A stretch of 64,000 nucleotides of DNA from IMG/VR virus record IMGVR_UViG_3300029983_000007, positions 186,001 to 250,000 of that record; one strand, given 5' to 3'. Within the stretch, counting starts at the first letter, position 1. Each line of letters begins with the position of its first letter. A program made the position numbers and the translations under genes. The notes under the pieces were generated by a model. It was not told where the DNA came from. It was given only the letters and a program-made list of their open reading frames with translations, and searched no databases. Shown here in pieces: positions 61,175 to 64,000 of the stretch.

Positions 61175-64000
61175 TGAATCATTTGAAAACATTTGAAAAA
61201 TTGAATGAAAATGAGCCAGAAGTTGGTGATTATATACTTGCAAAATGGAAAAATGCTGCTGATGATCATCCTGCTAATATTTTTGTAGCAAATAATATAG
61301 GTAAATTGATAAAAATTGAAATTGATAAATATGATGTTGTATTTTTTTTAGTAAAATATAATAATATACCAAAAGAGTTAGAATTATATAAATCTATGAA
61401 TAATAATACTTCTTTTGAATTAAAAAAAGAAGATTTAATAAAATGGAGTAAAAATGAAGAAGATTTAGAAATGATATTACAATCAAACAAATTTAACTTA
61501 TGATTACAAAATTTAAAATATTTGAAAATGTCAATGAAAATGAGCCAGAAGTAGGTGATTATGTGATTGCATCTTCAAATGATTTTCTTATTGATTTAAA
61601 TGAATTCACGAAAAATAGAATTGGTAGATTATATAACATATTTAAGCCTTTGTATGTAGATGATTTATCATACACTGTCATATATGATAATATACCAAAA
61701 GAGTTAGATTGTTATACATTTAAAGTATATGATGAAGAAGCAATATCATTAGACAAAGAAGATATAAAATATTGGTCTAAAGATAAAGAAGATTTAGAAA
61801 AAATATTAATGACAAATAAATTTAACTTATGAAACACATTAAAGAATATAAAATATTTGAAGGAGAATACTACACAGATTATGAATTACAAGAATTTAAA
61901 AATAAATTGCCAAAATTTGCAAGATTTATTAGGAGATTCATAATTCAATTTGGTTATGATTGTGTTGATATGAGTGAAGGAGATGATATTCAATTTTCAT
62001 TTTATGCTAAAAATACTAATAAAGTATTATTTTCTATAATGACTGGAAATGATGAGTATTTTGTATTAGATTCATTTAGAAATAGTAATAATATTATAGT
62101 ATCAGAAATACCTGAATACTTAAAAACAATAAACGGAATTAGATTTAATAAACAAATATTAAATTCTGATGAATATGAATATTATATCACAGGTGATGTT
62201 GATGATGTTATCAATCAAATAGGCAAAGATAAATTAATTATGTTTGCAAGCGCAAAAAAATTTAATGTGTAATGAAGTATTTAAAAACATTTGAAAATAT
62301 TAAAAAAAGTCTTAATTTAGGAGATTATGTAATATGTGAAGAGATACCATCTAATGGATTAGAAAAAAGAAATTTCAAAGATGTTATTGAATTTGAGAGA
62401 TACAACATTGGTAAATATGTAAAGAGTATTAATGGAAATGGGAAATTCAAATATGCAATTTATTATGATAATATACCTCAAAAATTTAAAGATAAATTTT
62501 TTATGAGAGAAGGTGATATAGATAAATATTGTAGAGTAATGTCTAGAAAAGAAATAATTTTTAATTCAAAAAATAAAGAAGAATTAGAAGCAATAATTAA
62601 TGCAAATAAATTTAACATATGAAATATTTAAAAACATTTGAAAAAAAATCTAAAAATATTAGTAATGTTGATGATATTAAAAAATTGTTAAGTCATTTAA
62701 TTGAGATTTTCACATATTATGGTATTGATTATTCAAACTACTATGAAAATAGAAAATATGAAACAGAGTTTCATTCTTCTGGTACAACACTGTTTGAAGT
62801 TTCAGTTGATACTGTTCTTGGTAGTCACTTATCTATTCATATATTCAATGGTGATCCATTTTATATCTTTCTGTTGTTTTATTTTAAAAACATTAAAGAG
62901 TTAAAAATTGATTTTGAAAGTAACACTAAGATAGTATTTGATATAATAGGAGATGTGGATAATATTATTGAACAAATAACAAATGATGACATTGATTCTA
63001 ATTTTAAATTACATAATTCAGTAAATAAATTTAACTTATGAAGTATATAAAGAAATATGAAAAAATTGTAGAATATGATGATATAGAAATATCAGAAGGA
63101 TCATATTGGATTATTTATGGAAGTGTATATGATGCAATATTAATTCTTAAAAAATTCAAAAAGTTATTTCCAAGTGATGAATATGAACTTGATATAAATA
63201 GAACAATAAATAGATTATATAAAGATAAAGGAAGAAATATTATTGGAGTGTATTGTTATTTTAGTTCATATGATTTTTCTTATTCATTATTAAAAAATGA
63301 AGAAGATAAAATTAGAATATATAATAATTGGCTAAAAGTTGATGTATATGACTTTAAAGGTGAACTAAAACTAGTTAATCATGAATTAGTATTAGATGAT
63401 TCTGAGAAAATAATGCTTGATAATATAAACAAATTTAATATATGAAATACATTAAAACATTTGAAAAAGTTATTTATCCATTACTATATAAAGAAGGAGA
63501 TTATGTTTTATTAGACACGGAGAAAATAAATAAAAATAATAAATCTAATAATTATACTGATCAAAATATTAATTATGATAATAGATTTGGAATTATAAAC
63601 ACACAAGAATTTGATGATAGTTTTCCATTTCCGTATTTGGTTAAAACATATGCAGCAGGAGAAGATGAAGAAGGACTAAATACCTCAGATAGTGAAATAG
63701 TAAGATTAATGACGCCAGAAGAAATTAAAAATTTCAAAATAAAAATTGATGCAAATAAATTCAATATATGAAATACATTAAAACATTTGAAAATAAAAAT
63801 AAAGTATTTAAAGTAGGACAATATGTAATTGCTGAAAATATACCATATAAACCAAATCTTAAAAGTTTTTTTAATGATAATATAGGATTAATTATTAAAA
63901 AAGAAAAATATACTAATAGTATTAATGTAAAAATCACAGAATACATTGTAAAATACGAAAATATTCCAGATAATATAGAAACATATTTCATGAAAAACTC
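61174..64000 (+). CDS. operon of FE/KFN-tagged small proteins (61174, 61500, 61829, 62272, 62619, 63038, 63442, and 63768 truncated by the window end)
   Basis: MNHLKTFE, MITKFKIFE, MKHIKEYKIFE, MKYLKTFE (x2), MKYIKKYE, MKYIKTFE (x2); seven complete members end in KFN[ILV]; overlapping junctions. Confidence 0.85.

Noticed and set aside
61908-61922. Self-targeting: 15-nt match TGCCAAAATTTGCAA to the reverse complement of spacer 16
   Set aside because: Only half the spacer matches and the flanks diverge; plausible by chance in roughly 80% AT DNA.
2652-63991. Numerous short ORFs antisense to or nested in longer genes (for example 2652, 3907, 9489, 15033, 28029-28786, 49503, 51106, 63573, 63761)
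   Set aside because: Shadow ORFs with Phe/Ile/Leu-biased composition, no start context, and fully overlapping better-supported genes.
1-64000. Genome-wide alternative code 15 (TAG = Gln)
   Set aside because: Long genes (794, 757, 654, 544 aa) are open under code 11 with no internal TAG, TAG ends several genes, and no CUA-anticodon tRNA is present in the window.

Overview
Extremely AT-rich, gene-dense window. It reads as part of a jumbo/mega tailed-phage genome (T4 gp32-like SSB, virion-type proteins, tRNA cluster, Dam-like methylase, NUDIX hydrolase, homing-type endonucleases). The host is most likely a Bacteroidota: several TTTG-N19/20-TAnnTTTG promoters, A-rich starts without Shine-Dalgarno, lipoprotein signal peptides. 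The main find is a compact phage-encoded type I-like CRISPR-Cas locus at 9238-15564: cas7, an enlarged cas5, cas6, a 19-repeat array and an intact HD-helicase cas3. No cas8, cas11, cas1, cas2 or cas4 is visible in the window. The array has a 36-nt repeat/30-nt spacer geometry and repeat ends that look like type II-C, which suggests the phage borrows the host's class 2 spacer-acquisition machinery. Much of the rest is small ORFans carrying one of two nearly mutually exclusive terminal peptide tags: a C-terminal R-x-x-K-[LI]-x-x-[LI], or an N-terminal MK[HY][LI]KxFE plus a C-terminal KFN[IL]. Also present: a 13-copy tandem paralog array, four tRNAs that all have Gln anticodons (one on a long-variable-arm body), a recent IS5 insertion that clipped a KFNI tail, two RHH-pair/endonuclease cassettes, a TV-Pol-like minimal polymerase and a Hint-domain virion protein. 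All calls come from motif recognition by eye; no database search was run.
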